Under the pieces are notes generated by a model that did not search any database, had not been told where the DNA came from, and saw only the letters and a list, made by a program, of their open reading frames with translations. From the NCBI GenBank assembly GCA_944358695.1, contig CALVRM010000021.1, forward strand, positions 1 through 63,729: a DNA stretch of 63,729 bases. The letters are read 5' to 3'. Source of the stretch: an uncultured Bacilli bacterium. Its GTDB lineage: Bacteria > Bacillota_I > Bacilli_A > RF39 > UBA660. This document shows positions 1-8,463 of the stretch, piece after piece. Within the stretch, counting starts at the first letter, position 1, and each line of letters begins with the position of its first letter. Made by a program: the position numbers and the translations under genes.

Positions 1-165
1 ACAGGTGCTTCGGGATCTTGTGTCTTCGATTCGGATGGCTTGGGCTGCTATGTTGGTGATCTGTACTTGAATGCTTTTTCCAGCGGCTATGTTGCTGCTG
101 TCGATTATGCTTCTGGCGTCGCCTGCCGTGTCTTCAGCAATGGCAATGCGGGTTGCGAGGAGTAG
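1..165 (+). CDS. 3' end of a gene truncated by the window edge; Cys/Gly/aromatic-rich C-terminus, candidate DGR variable region
   Basis: Frame 1 is open from nt 1 to TAG at 163-165: TGASGSCVFDSDGLGCYVGDLYLNAFSSGYVAAVDYASGVACRVFSNGNAGCEE. Only 22/165 nt are A, and 44/54 codons end in C/T. Confidence 0.7.
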   Translation, partial: TGASGSCVFDSDGLGCYVGDLYLNAFSSGYVAAVDYASGVACRVFSNGNAGCEE

Positions 166-183
166 TTGCGGTAGTCCAGCTAA

Positions 184-204
184 AAATCTTAAAATCTAAG
201 ATTT
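184..204. other. Perfect 8-bp inverted repeat downstream of the putative VR (candidate DGR hairpin/cruciform)
   Basis: AAATCTTA-aaatc-TAAGATTT. Confidence 0.5.
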
Positions 205-535
205 AATATCTTGCATGTAGGTAAAATAAATCGTTATTCATTTAAAAGCTTAAGCAAAGAGTATCAAATATATATTAAATATGATTAATAAAACAAACGA
301 TAATGGTGTAAAGTAAATAGTGTCAATGACAACTATACGAACGTTTATTGTTTGTTTTTTTATTTATTTTATTTTTAGTTTTTTGTATAGTTTTAAATAC
401 GTATTTATTAAATGATAAAATTGACCTTTATCCTTTTATATAAAAGAATAAGGTATAAGCTGTTGTTTTTATTTTAATATAATTAAACAGTCCCATAATT
501 ATTACAAAAGCATATAATGCTTTAGAGGTGAGAGC

Positions 536-982
536 ATGTATAGAATATACGAAGTTCAAAATGGTGATACTTTGGCTTCTGTTGCCAGCAGACTGGGAGT
601 TAGTCCTGAGGTTTTAGCCACATTAAATGGGCTAAACGTTAGTGCTATTTTAACTCCTAATAGTTATATAGTTGTTCCTAATGGGGATACTCTTTTTGAT
701 AAATATATTGTAAAAAAGGGTGACACAATTTATGAAATAGCTAGAAGAATTAATGTTGCACCTACCCAACTATTAAAATTAAACGGTTTAGGTGAAAACG
801 AGTATATTTATCCGGAACAAGAAATTTTAATTCCAAAATCAAGAACTAGTTTTTATGTTACTGGTGATAGTGACACATTAAATGGTGTGATTAGATATCT
901 CAAAACTACGGCTGATAATATAGCTAAACAAAATGATACTATTTATTTAGTGCCAGATCAATTAATCGTTTATAAGAAATAA
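536..982 (+). CDS. LysM repeat protein (SafA-like spore/peptidoglycan-binding)
   Basis: Repeats YEVQNGDTLASVA, YIVKKGDTIYEIA and a degenerate third; RBS GAGGTG. Confidence 0.85.
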   Translation: MYRIYEVQNGDTLASVASRLGVSPEVLATLNGLNVSAILTPNSYIVVPNGDTLFDKYIVKKGDTIYEIARRINVAPTQLLKLNGLGENEYIYPEQEILIPKSRTSFYVTGDSDTLNGVIRYLKTTADNIAKQNDTIYLVPDQLIVYKK

Positions 983-986
983 TTTC

Positions 987-2451
987 CAGGATAAAAACAT
1001 GAAAAAAGAAAAGACAGTTAAAAAGCCAATATAAATAAGGGGATTAACTGTTTTTTTAAGAAAAAATTTAATGAGCAAGGATGTTAAAGAATCTAAGGAT
1101 CTCAGTTTCATAAGATAAAGATAATCTAAATCTTATTAATTTTAAACTACGATTATAAATGCTTTTAACATCATTAAGAAAAGCTAAACATAATTTTTTT
1201 AATATTTGTAAATTTAAAAGAGCATTTTTATCCATGGTTGAATTATCATCTTGTTTAAAGGTAAAATCTAAGTGCCAATGAAGCTTATTTTCAACATTCC
1301 AATGTTGTCTAATTGCTTTAGAAAAAGTCTCAATATCTATATATAAACTAGATATATAATACCTCATCTCAATAGTTTTATTACCGTTTTTTTCAATCGT
1401 TTTTTTAACGGCGCCAAACGATTTAATACCTTTCCAATTTTTTAAATCATAATACCAAGAAATATCATCAGTTTGAAAATATTCATAAGTAATAATAGCT
1501 GAATGTGATTTTTCTATTTCTTTAGTATATGCTTTTCCTATACCATTGGCTTTAATTATTTCTAATTGCGTATCATTAAAGTATAGTACTAAGTCATTAT
1601 AAAAGTTTTCTTGATTTAACTTAATCGGTACAACATAATCACCTTTAAGATTAATAACCATTTCAACATTAGATTTTTGCGTATTTAAAGCATCCCAAGT
1701 AATGATATTTCCTTTAACATTTATTCTTTCTAATATTTTTGGAATAGTAGTAATTTCATTAGTTTTATCTTCGATTTTTTCACTAGCTATACATAATCCT
1801 AAATTATTTGAATATACGTTTAAAACATTTAAAGATTTGATTTTATCTCTGATATCATTTTCATTTCTTTTACTACGATTATCGGTTTTACCATCAATAT
1901 TCATAATATCTCTTTTGCTTGAAAAGAGTTTCAAAACATCTTGTGCAAAAAGAACACAAATATTTTCAAGTTCTTCAGGTTTAATAATAGAAAAAACTCT
2001 TTTATAAGTGATAGCAGAAGGAATTCCACCAGTAAGCATTAAAAAATTTTTTAACCAACTTTTTTTAGCAATAGCAAATTCTCTAATTTCCTGCCAATCA
2101 TTACAATTACCTAGTATAGCCAAAAAACTAACAACAATAATATCCCATATTTTATATTTGACCTTACCTTTTTGTCTAGTATCAGATAGATCTTTAATTT
2201 TTTCTTTAAATTGCCTAAGAGCATCATAATTTAGTTCCTCTAAATTGACTTTATATTTATCTAATAACTTTTCGTTTATTTCCGCTTTAGTTAATTTTTT
2301 CTTTTTCATAAACAACACCCAATAATATTTTACAGGTATTTTACGAAAATTTCAGCAAAATTATCAATATTTTTATTTCCTTTATCTTCTATAACCCTGA
2401 TAAACAAACGTTGTCAATACTTATATCTCTTTTTTTCATGTTTTTATCCTG
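987..2451 (-). mobile_element. ISAs1-family insertion sequence
   Basis: Perfect 21-bp terminal IRs CAGGATAAAAACATGAAAAAA at 987-1007 and 2431-2451 flank an intact transposase. Confidence 0.92.
1068..2309 (-). CDS. ISAs1-family DDE transposase
   Basis: Motifs DTRQKGKVKY, IDGKT, NEITTIP, ITWDALNTQ, IRQHWNVENKLHWHLD; probable ATG at 2309. Confidence 0.93.
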   Translation of the reverse strand: MKKKKLTKAEINEKLLDKYKVNLEELNYDALRQFKEKIKDLSDTRQKGKVKYKIWDIIVVSFLAILGNCNDWQEIREFAIAKKSWLKNFLMLTGGIPSAITYKRVFSIIKPEELENICVLFAQDVLKLFSSKRDIMNIDGKTDNRSKRNENDIRDKIKSLNVLNVYSNNLGLCIASEKIEDKTNEITTIPKILERINVKGNIITWDALNTQKSNVEMVINLKGDYVVPIKLNQENFYNDLVLYFNDTQLEIIKANGIGKAYTKEIEKSHSAIITYEYFQTDDISWYYDLKNWKGIKSFGAVKKTIEKNGNKTIEMRYYISSLYIDIETFSKAIRQHWNVENKLHWHLDFTFKQDDNSTMDKNALLNLQILKKLCLAFLNDVKSIYNRSLKLIRFRLSLSYETEILRFFNILAH

Positions 2452-2528
2452 TTAATTGTCTCGTTTTTATTGAAAAAAAATCAAAATTTGTTTATAATTG
2501 TATTAATAACAATAAAGAAGGAGATAAA

Positions 2529-3017
2529 ATGAAAAAGAAGTTAAATCAATTCAAAAAAATTGTTCTAAACCATAAAAAAGTTTCCATCGGTATTATAATT
2601 ATTTTAATAGTTTTTATCGTTGCTATTGTCACTTTAGTGATTAATAACAATGAAGGTAGTACTTCAAACAAAAAGAAAGAAGACAAGCTTATCGTTAATA
2701 CCAACGCCGGGATCATAAAAGAGGAAGAATATAAAGGGTTAAAATTTTCCAACATAACTTTAATAAAGGCTAAAGATACAGAAACTTATACTTTATCCAT
2801 GGATGTAACTAATACAACATCTGAGACTAGTAATATTACGCAAGTAGATATTCCAATTAAAAACAAAAAAGGAGAAGTAGAAGTAACTTTATTAGGATAC
2901 ATTGGTGAAGATTTAAAACCAAATGAAACAAGAACAATTACCGCTTCAGCAGGCATTGACCTAAGTAAATCCGCTTCCAAAGAAATAAAAGAACATAATC
3001 AGCAAAATTCACAATAA
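2529..3017 (+). CDS. Membrane-anchored hypothetical protein (Ig-like/FxLYD-like ectodomain)
   Basis: N-terminal TM helix; beta-rich domain ending LKPNETRTITAS; RBS AAGGAG. Confidence 0.6.
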   Translation: MKKKLNQFKKIVLNHKKVSIGIIIILIVFIVAIVTLVINNNEGSTSNKKKEDKLIVNTNAGIIKEEEYKGLKFSNITLIKAKDTETYTLSMDVTNTTSETSNITQVDIPIKNKKGEVEVTLLGYIGEDLKPNETRTITASAGIDLSKSASKEIKEHNQQNSQ

Positions 3018-3254
3018 AACGAGTATGCTTTTTTATTAAGCAAATTGATAAGTGCTTTAACCATAATTATAAAATATAACTTTGGCGTTTAATTATTCTA
3101 AATTGATATATTTGACAAATTTCGTAAAAAATATTTTTTATAATATAACCGGTGAAAAAAATGAAAGTTAAAGGCGTATGTAAATATCATCTTTATGATG
3201 ATAAAATTGAAATTAGACTTGGAAATTAAGTCTTTTTCTTTTCGCTATTTTTCT

Positions 3255-3283
3255 ACATAAATTGCCTATCTTTGCCATAAAAT
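3255..3283 (+). promoter_or_regulatory. SigE-like promoter of yqfC-yqfD
   Basis: acATAaa-14 bp-CATAaaaT fits the SigE consensus; yqfCD is SigE-controlled in B. subtilis. Confidence 0.55.
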
Positions 3284-3298
3284 TATTTAGGTGATATA

Positions 3299-3532
3299 AT
3301 GCTTAAGGATTTAAGAAATTACATATTAGAAAGCGATTTTAGAATTAATTATGTACTTGGTAAATTAAACATCGTAAATTATGAGTGCATTGATCACTTT
3401 AGTGATGATAAAGTAATGATTAGATATAGTGAAGGTATGGTAATAATTAAAGGAGAAAATTTAATTATTTCCAAATTATTAAATGATGAAATATTAATAT
3501 CAGGAATAATCAAAAGCCTTGAGTTGAAATGA
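3299..3532 (+). CDS. yqfC: YabP/YqfC family sporulation protein
   Basis: NIVNYECIDHFSDDKV and IIKGENLIISKLLNDEILISGII; directly upstream of yqfD. Confidence 0.85.
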   Translation: MLKDLRNYILESDFRINYVLGKLNIVNYECIDHFSDDKVMIRYSEGMVIIKGENLIISKLLNDEILISGIIKSLELK

Positions 3533-4677
3533 TTGAAAAATTTAAAAGCAAAATTGCTCTAAATGTCAAGGGCAAGAACATAAATCGTTTCATCAAAAAA
3601 CTAACCACTAGAAAAATCAATATTTTGTCATTAAAATATATAAATAAAAATGAAATAGAAATAATTATATATAAAGAAGACTATGAAACTGTCTTGAAAA
3701 TAAAAAGCATTTATGATGTTTTAGAAAAAGAAGTTTATGGATATTTAAAAATCAAAAAAGTATTTAAAGTAAACAGACATCTAGTATTTATGTTTATAGC
3801 CGGATATATTATTTTTATTATTTTAACCCACATTGTTTTTGATATTGAAGTAGTTCATTCTAATAAAGAAATTCGTCATTTAATTCAAGAGGAATTAGAT
3901 AAAAACGGAATAAAAAAATATACCTTTAAAAAAAGCTTTAAACAGCTAGACAAAATAAAAGACAAAATCTTAAACGACCATCCTGATAAAATAGAGTGGT
4001 TAGAAATAGAAACTGTTGGCACTAAATATGTTGTTAGAGTTGAAGAACGCGAAATCATTGCGAAAGAAGAAAATATCGTTCCAAGAAATCTTGTTGCTAA
4101 AAAAGATGCCGTTTTAAAAAAAGTTACAGCCAGCAAAGGCGATATATTAAGAAATACTGATGACTATGTAAAAAAAGGGGACATTATTGTAAACGGTGAG
4201 GTTATGCTTAATGAAAAATCAATGGGTAAAGTTAAAGCCAGCGGAAAAGCCTATGGTGAAGTTTGGTATGTATTAAAAACTGAATATCCTTTTGTTTATC
4301 ACGAGGAAAAAGAAACTGGGAATAAAAAAGACGTTTATGCCATAAAGTTTTTAGAAAAAGAGTTTGAATTTACTACCCATAAATTTAAAAATAAAAAAAT
4401 AAATGAAGAAACCGTCTTGTCCCATCCATTGTTACCAATAAAATTAGTTAAACAACATCAAAAAGAAGTAACAGTTAAAAATGATATTTTAACCTTTGAT
4501 GAGGCACTTTTAAAAGCTAAAGAGTTATCAATAAAGAAAGTTGAAGCAACCTTAAAAAAAGACGAATATATAATTCGCAGTAAATATTTAAAAAGCACTA
4601 TGAAAGATAGTACAATAGAGGTAGAAATGTTCTTCGCTGTTTACGAAGATATAACGGATTATCAAGAAATAGCGTGA
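3529..4677 (+). CDS. yqfD: Stage IV sporulation protein YqfD
   Basis: IEWLEIETVGTKYVVRVEER, NLVAKKDAVL, VKKGDIIVNG, ASGKAYGEVWY. Confidence 0.9.
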   Translation: MIEKFKSKIALNVKGKNINRFIKKLTTRKINILSLKYINKNEIEIIIYKEDYETVLKIKSIYDVLEKEVYGYLKIKKVFKVNRHLVFMFIAGYIIFIILTHIVFDIEVVHSNKEIRHLIQEELDKNGIKKYTFKKSFKQLDKIKDKILNDHPDKIEWLEIETVGTKYVVRVEEREIIAKEENIVPRNLVAKKDAVLKKVTASKGDILRNTDDYVKKGDIIVNGEVMLNEKSMGKVKASGKAYGEVWYVLKTEYPFVYHEEKETGNKKDVYAIKFLEKEFEFTTHKFKNKKINEETVLSHPLLPIKLVKQHQKEVTVKNDILTFDEALLKAKELSIKKVEATLKKDEYIIRSKYLKSTMKDSTIEVEMFFAVYEDITDYQEIA

Positions 4678-4681
4678 TAGA

Positions 4682-5293
4682 ATGATTAGAAATACGGTTT
4701 TAAATATTTTCGGTGAAACATGGCCAACAATTGTTATTACAATAGTAATCGTTGCTAGCATGCGGATTGTTTATTTAATAAAATATCACCATAAAATAAT
4801 TGTATATAAAGAACTGTTAACTTTATTGTTTATTATTTACATTTTATGCCTTTTTTACGTTGTTACCTTTCAAGATATTAGTTGGAATACTTCTAATTTT
4901 ATCCTTTTTAAAGAAATGTTTAGATATGAATTTGGTAGTCATTTATTTATTAAAAATGTCATTGGTAATGTATTATTATTTATTCCATATGGTTTTTTTG
5001 CTGCTTATTATTTAAAGTTAAAAAATGTTACTTCTATTCTGGGACTATCCTTTTTAGTTTCAACGACAATAGAAACAACGCAATTATTAATTGGCCGAGT
5101 TTTTGATATCGATGATATTATTCTTAATGTTTTTGGAGGATTATTCGGATTTTATATTTATTTTCTATTAGATAAGCTAAATAAAAAACTTCCTTCGATC
5201 TTGAAAAACCCCGTTATTTATACTATAATAATGGTAAGTTTACTGGTGATTGTCGTAATTTATTTAAGTGGATTTATAGAGTTAGGAGTATAA
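4682..5293 (+). CDS. VanZ family membrane protein
   Basis: NVIGNVLLFIPYGFF and IETTQLLIGRVFDIDDIILNVFGG. Confidence 0.88.
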   Translation: MIRNTVLNIFGETWPTIVITIVIVASMRIVYLIKYHHKIIVYKELLTLLFIIYILCLFYVVTFQDISWNTSNFILFKEMFRYEFGSHLFIKNVIGNVLLFIPYGFFAAYYLKLKNVTSILGLSFLVSTTIETTQLLIGRVFDIDDIILNVFGGLFGFYIYFLLDKLNKKLPSILKNPVIYTIIMVSLLVIVVIYLSGFIELGV

Positions 5294-5294
5294 A

Positions 5295-5738
5295 ATGAAT
5301 GAATTTGAAATTTTTAATGAAACGGATGAACAAATAGATCTAGAAGAAGAAAAAAAAATAATTGAATATGCTTTAAATTATAAAAGACTAGAAAACGTTA
5401 TATTTAACGTTATATTTGTCGACAATGAAACCATTAAAAATATAAATAGAAAGTATCGAGGAATTGATAAAGAAACTGACGTGATTAGCTTTGCTTTAGA
5501 AGACAGCAAAGATATAACTTTTGATTTTGGTCGGCTTTTAGGTGATATATATATATCTGTTTCCAAAATGAAACAGCAAGCTAAAGAATATGGTCATAGT
5601 GAGCAAAGAGAAATGGCGTTTTTAACTATTCATGGGTTATTACATTTGCTAGGATATGATCATATGACCAAAGAAGACGAAGAAGTAATGTTTAAAGAGC
5701 AGGAGTTGATTTTAGATGGATATGGTATCACGCGCTAA
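5295..5738 (+). CDS. ybeY: rRNA maturation RNase YbeY
   Basis: YRGIDKETDVISF, LGDIYIS, HGLLHLLGYDH. Confidence 0.97.
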   Translation: MNEFEIFNETDEQIDLEEEKKIIEYALNYKRLENVIFNVIFVDNETIKNINRKYRGIDKETDVISFALEDSKDITFDFGRLLGDIYISVSKMKQQAKEYGHSEQREMAFLTIHGLLHLLGYDHMTKEDEEVMFKEQELILDGYGITR

Positions 5739-6117
5739 ATTAAAACAAAGAGGATTGAAAAGATTTGGTAAAAGTTTTAAGTATGCAAAAGACGGCTTAA
5801 AATATGCTTTTAAATATGAACAAAACATGCTTGCTCATATTTTAGCGACCACTTTAGTAATTGCCATGGGGATAATATTTAAAATTAGTTTGATTGAATG
5901 GCTATTTGTAATTTTAATTATTGGTTTAGTTATTGCAACCGAATTAATCAATACAAGTATTGAAGCGGTTGTTGATTTAGCTTGTAAAGAAATTGATCCT
6001 GTGGCCAAAGTCGCTAAAGATACCGCTGCTGCCGCTGTTATGGTTTTTGCAATAGTTGCCATTCTTTTAGCACTATTTATCTTTTTACCTAAATTAATTG
6101 TTTTAATTGGAGGTTAG
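5716..6117 (+). CDS. dgkA: Diacylglycerol/undecaprenol kinase
   Basis: ELINTSIEAVVDL and AKVAKDTAAAAV; ybeY-dgkA-era context. Confidence 0.93.
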   Translation: MDMVSRAKLKQRGLKRFGKSFKYAKDGLKYAFKYEQNMLAHILATTLVIAMGIIFKISLIEWLFVILIIGLVIATELINTSIEAVVDLACKEIDPVAKVAKDTAAAAVMVFAIVAILLALFIFLPKLIVLIGG

Positions 6118-6119
6118 CT

Positions 6120-6413
6120 ATGAGAGTAAAAGCGGAAACTCAAGAACTTTATTTTTGTTTTCAAAATTTAGAAGATGAAGTTGTTTGCTTAATGAATAAA
6201 TTAAGTGAAAAAGAACCATTATATGAAGAATTAAAATCTTTAAAATCTCGGATTTATAATATTTTAAAGGATATAAAAGAATATGAGCCTCATAACGACT
6301 TAAATACTTATTTTTCTAATATCTATGGCTATTATAATATTAATGAGATGGCTCTTGAGATAAATAACAGATTTGAATTAATTAAAGAAAAATTGGAGGA
6401 AGGTCAAAAATGA
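6120..6413 (+). CDS. Hypothetical helical protein between dgkA and era
   Basis: RBS GGAGG; stop overlaps era start (ATGA). Confidence 0.7.
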   Translation: MRVKAETQELYFCFQNLEDEVVCLMNKLSEKEPLYEELKSLKSRIYNILKDIKEYEPHNDLNTYFSNIYGYYNINEMALEINNRFELIKEKLEEGQK

Positions 6414-7297
6414 AAAGTGGATTTGTAAGCTTAGTGGGAAGACCAAATGTTGGTAAGTCAACTTTACTTAATAATATTTTAGGTAAAAAAGTCGCTATCA
6501 CCTCAGCGAAGCCTCAGACAACCAGAAATATAATTCAAGGAATTTATAACGAGGATGATACTCAGATTGTTTTTGTTGATACTCCAGGTATTCATAAACC
6601 TAATCATAAACTTGGAAAAATTTTAAATAAAGGTGCTTATTATAGTATTGATGATGTTGATGTGGTTGCTTTTTTAGTAGATGGACAAGCTGGACTTGGT
6701 AAAGGCGACGAATATATTATTGACAAGTTTAAAAATTTAAATAAGCCGGTAATTTTAGTCATTAATAAAATTGACGGTCTTTCTAAAGAAGAAATATTAA
6801 AAAAAATCACCGAATATAAAGATTTATATAATTGGTCAGACATTGTACCTGTATCAGCTTTAAAAAATAAAAATACCGAAGAATTTTTAAAAGTTTTAAA
6901 AAGTTATTTACCAGATAATATAAAATACTATGATGATAAACAAGTCACTAATTATTCCGAAGAGTTTATGATAGGCGAATTAATTAGAGAAAAAGTTTTT
7001 GATTTAACAAAAGAAGAAGTTCCTCATTCTATCACCTGTATTGTTGAGCAAATGATTAAAAATCATGATAAAACAATCATTAATGCCGCTATTATTGTAG
7101 ATAGGGATTCCTTAAAGAAAATTATTATTGGCAAAAACGGTGATATGGTAAAAAAAATTGGAACTTTGGCTAGAAAAGATATTGAAAATTTTCTAGGAAC
7201 TAAGGTATATTTAGATCTTTATGTAAAAACCATCAAAAAATGGCGTGATAAAGAAAAATACTTAACCGAATTAGGTTATAACGATTTTTTAAGATAA
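6410..7297 (+). CDS. era: GTPase Era
   Basis: GRPNVGKST, DTPG, NKID, KH domain IIGKNG. Confidence 0.98.
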   Translation: MKSGFVSLVGRPNVGKSTLLNNILGKKVAITSAKPQTTRNIIQGIYNEDDTQIVFVDTPGIHKPNHKLGKILNKGAYYSIDDVDVVAFLVDGQAGLGKGDEYIIDKFKNLNKPVILVINKIDGLSKEEILKKITEYKDLYNWSDIVPVSALKNKNTEEFLKVLKSYLPDNIKYYDDKQVTNYSEEFMIGELIREKVFDLTKEEVPHSITCIVEQMIKNHDKTIINAAIIVDRDSLKKIIIGKNGDMVKKIGTLARKDIENFLGTKVYLDLYVKTIKKWRDKEKYLTELGYNDFLR

Positions 7298-7354
7298 CTT
7301 GACAAACTTTTAAATAAATAATATTATATGTAAACAAGAAGGGGGGAAATTACG

Positions 7355-7819
7355 ATGGGAACAATGAGTAACGGTGGACCTAGTTTTATTGATATGATTT
7401 CTATTATGAACTCAGAGCCGGATTTATCAGTTTTTGAAATTTCACAGGCAGATATCCAAAAGGAGATAGAACAAATATCACAAGAACTTTTCGCCTTAGA
7501 AGGCAAAAGTAACCCTTATAATTTAGAATTATCTAGCTATCCACCAAATGGTTATATTGAGTGTGAAGAACAAGCAAACAGTAAAAGGTCGCAGTTAATT
7601 GTCGAAGATAAAACTAACAAAGATCAATCATTTAGACAATATGTAGAAGATAAAACTAACAAAGATCAATCATTTAGACAATATGTAGAAGGTTATGATG
7701 AAGAAGGTCTTGAATATACAATAGATTTGTTGAAGTGTGAATTGACTGAATTGGCTGATTGGCAAGATGAATGTAGGCAAAGCTCAAATGGCAAAACAAA
7801 AGTTTTTTTTAGGAAATAA
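7355..7819 (+). CDS. Acidic hypothetical protein (ORFan) with internal duplication
   Basis: Own TTGACA-17-TATTAT promoter and GGGGGGA RBS. Confidence 0.7.
   Translation: MGTMSNGGPSFIDMISIMNSEPDLSVFEISQADIQKEIEQISQELFALEGKSNPYNLELSSYPPNGYIECEEQANSKRSQLIVEDKTNKDQSFRQYVEDKTNKDQSFRQYVEGYDEEGLEYTIDLLKCELTELADWQDECRQSSNGKTKVFFRK
7604..7687 (+). repeat. Exact 42-bp tandem duplication (14 aa EDKTNKDQSFRQYV x2)
   Basis: Units 7604-7645 and 7646-7687 are identical. Confidence 0.95.
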
Positions 7820-7906
7820 TAAAAAGTTTCAGCTTATTAGCTGTTTTTCTATACAAAAACTTAATATTTTATTATTAACAAAATATAATTTATAGAAGGT
7901 GAAAAA

Positions 7907-8326
7907 ATGACAAAGATGGAAGCCAATAAGAGTGATCCTGTAATAAATGTGGCACATACGGTTTTTAATGATTATGTAGATGAATATTTATACTTATATA
8001 ACACAAACGCTAGTCCGCTAGACTTAATGGATATTGAAGATCGTCTAAATAGTTCACTATTGACCTTTCTTGGCGTTCTTCCGGAAACTGACAATGTTTC
8101 TTATAGTGGAAATTTATCAATACCGACCATCAATTTAAGTGAGACATTATCTGTAACGATATATCAAGAAAAATATTATTTTATTAGACAAAATCCCGAA
8201 GGCCAAAAAGTAGATTATTATACTGTTTTTAGTAGTGAAGATGCTTTATATAAAGATATCAAAAGAGAATTGGATATAATTTATCCGCCAAGCCTTAATT
8301 GTCATAAACAATTAAAAATTGAATAA
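7907..8326 (+). CDS. Hypothetical protein (ORFan)
   Basis: RBS AAGGTGA; 139-aa ORF. Confidence 0.7.
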   Translation: MTKMEANKSDPVINVAHTVFNDYVDEYLYLYNTNASPLDLMDIEDRLNSSLLTFLGVLPETDNVSYSGNLSIPTINLSETLSVTIYQEKYYFIRQNPEGQKVDYYTVFSSEDALYKDIKRELDIIYPPSLNCHKQLKIE

Positions 8327-8370
8327 AAAAAATTTAATCCGCTCACTATAATAATAGGAGCGTGATAAAG

Positions 8371-8460
8371 ATGAATTTATTTTGGAATTTATTTGAAAAA
8401 ACAGGAAAAGTTGAATATTATTTAAAATATAAAGAAGAATCTAAGAAAAAAGGAAGATAA
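8371..8460 (+). CDS. yqzL: YqzL family small protein (not in the ORF track)
   Basis: MNLFWNLFEKTGKVEYYLKYKEESKKKGR; RBS AGGAG; WxxFxxTGxVxxYL pattern immediately upstream of recO, as in Bacillus. Confidence 0.85.
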   Translation: MNLFWNLFEKTGKVEYYLKYKEESKKKGR

Positions 8461-8463
8461 TTT

